From positions 10,641,239 to 10,705,238 of the forward strand of contig NC_057754.1 in the NCBI RefSeq assembly GCF_004010195.1: a stretch of DNA of 64,000 bases, read 5' to 3'. Below the pieces are notes generated by a model. It searched no databases. It saw only the letters and a list, made by a program, of their open reading frames with translations, and had not been told where the DNA came from. Below, one piece after another: positions 63,929-64,000 of the stretch. A program made the translations under genes and the position numbers. How positions within the stretch are numbered: the stretch's first letter is position 1; each line of letters begins with the position of its first letter. Source of the DNA: Chiloscyllium plagiosum. Lineage: Eukaryota.

Positions 63929-64000
63929 GAGCTCTGTTTCTTATATCCTGGGCATCATCCCCTCAGCCATATTTCCATTTTGTTACATTGTCTTGGTTTA

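Overview
Repeat-dominated vertebrate DNA, most likely from a cartilaginous fish; this is inferred from HE1/V-SINE-type SINEs and the CR1 subfamilies. It has two assembly gaps (1608-1934, 52118-52177). Host content is a C2H2 zinc-finger cluster: one apparently intact 9-finger gene with no visible KRAB or SCAN domain (minus, 10559-11344/11431) with a CpG-rich promoter at about 14.4-14.9 kb, two decayed ZNF remnants (about 19.1 kb and 51.2-52.6 kb) and two tRNA-Glu pseudogenes near the right end. Mobile DNA comprises many CR1 LINEs, two decayed Gypsy-family LTR elements with Gmr1-type IN-before-RT order (38.3-50.4 kb +, 55.0-61.1 kb -), extra LTRs, a Rex1/Babar fragment, an L1-like 5' end, HE1 SINEs and two minisatellites. 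The most notable hidden structure has three parts. (1) Penelope-like elements and short non-coding derivatives carry minimal hammerhead-ribozyme motifs, often as inverted pairs with clear TSDs. (2) An inverted duplicate of the ZNF promoter module lies downstream of the gene and shares a perfect 28-nt palindrome-containing block. (3) A 32-bp array in an LTR leader resembles repeated tRNA-Pro primer-binding sequence. All calls were made by eye; no database search was run and repeat boundaries are approximate.
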